NCBI RefSeq assembly: GCF_006345805.1
Contig: NW_021824061.1
Coordinates: forward strand, 1 to 19,885
Length of the DNA: 19,885 bases
Direction of reading: 5' to 3'
Source: Octopus sinensis
Taxonomy: Eukaryota
Shown: piece after piece, positions 19,816 to 19,885 of the stretch
Layout of the letters: each line of letters opens with the position of its first letter
Numbering within the stretch: position 1 is the stretch's first letter
Translations under genes and position numbers: made by a program
Notes under the pieces: generated by a model
What the model saw: only the letters and a program-made list of their open reading frames with translations
What the model was told of the DNA's origin: nothing
Databases searched by the model: none

Positions 19816-19885
19816 TACGCTGGCTCTGAAAGTTGCAGCCTTCTACCAATGTTAGAAATCAATAGTTTTTTTTTTTAAAGAAAAG

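Overview
AT-rich, repeat-saturated animal genomic DNA, most likely Octopus/cephalopod. I infer this from recognised tRNA-derived SINE families and the TA/TATG/TAGA microsatellite load. No protein-coding gene can be called with confidence: the supplied ORFs are mostly microsatellite, low-complexity or repeat read-throughs. The only recognisable coding remnants are the C-termini of a Tx1/L1-type ORF2 (8341-8716, minus) and a CR1 ORF2 (19082-19276, plus). Main content: three SINE groups (my labels A, B, C); a 2.3-copy ~780-bp tandem element set in (TA)n; a TA-flanked MITE; an intron-containing tRNA-Lys(TTT) pseudogene; and local duplications. The most interesting signal is SINE-B. It forms head-to-tail multimers at three loci through the same palindromic junction, including a (BA)3 higher-order array. 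It shares its 3' tail with the Tx1-like LINE, and its core also appears to have seeded an old ~57-bp minisatellite.
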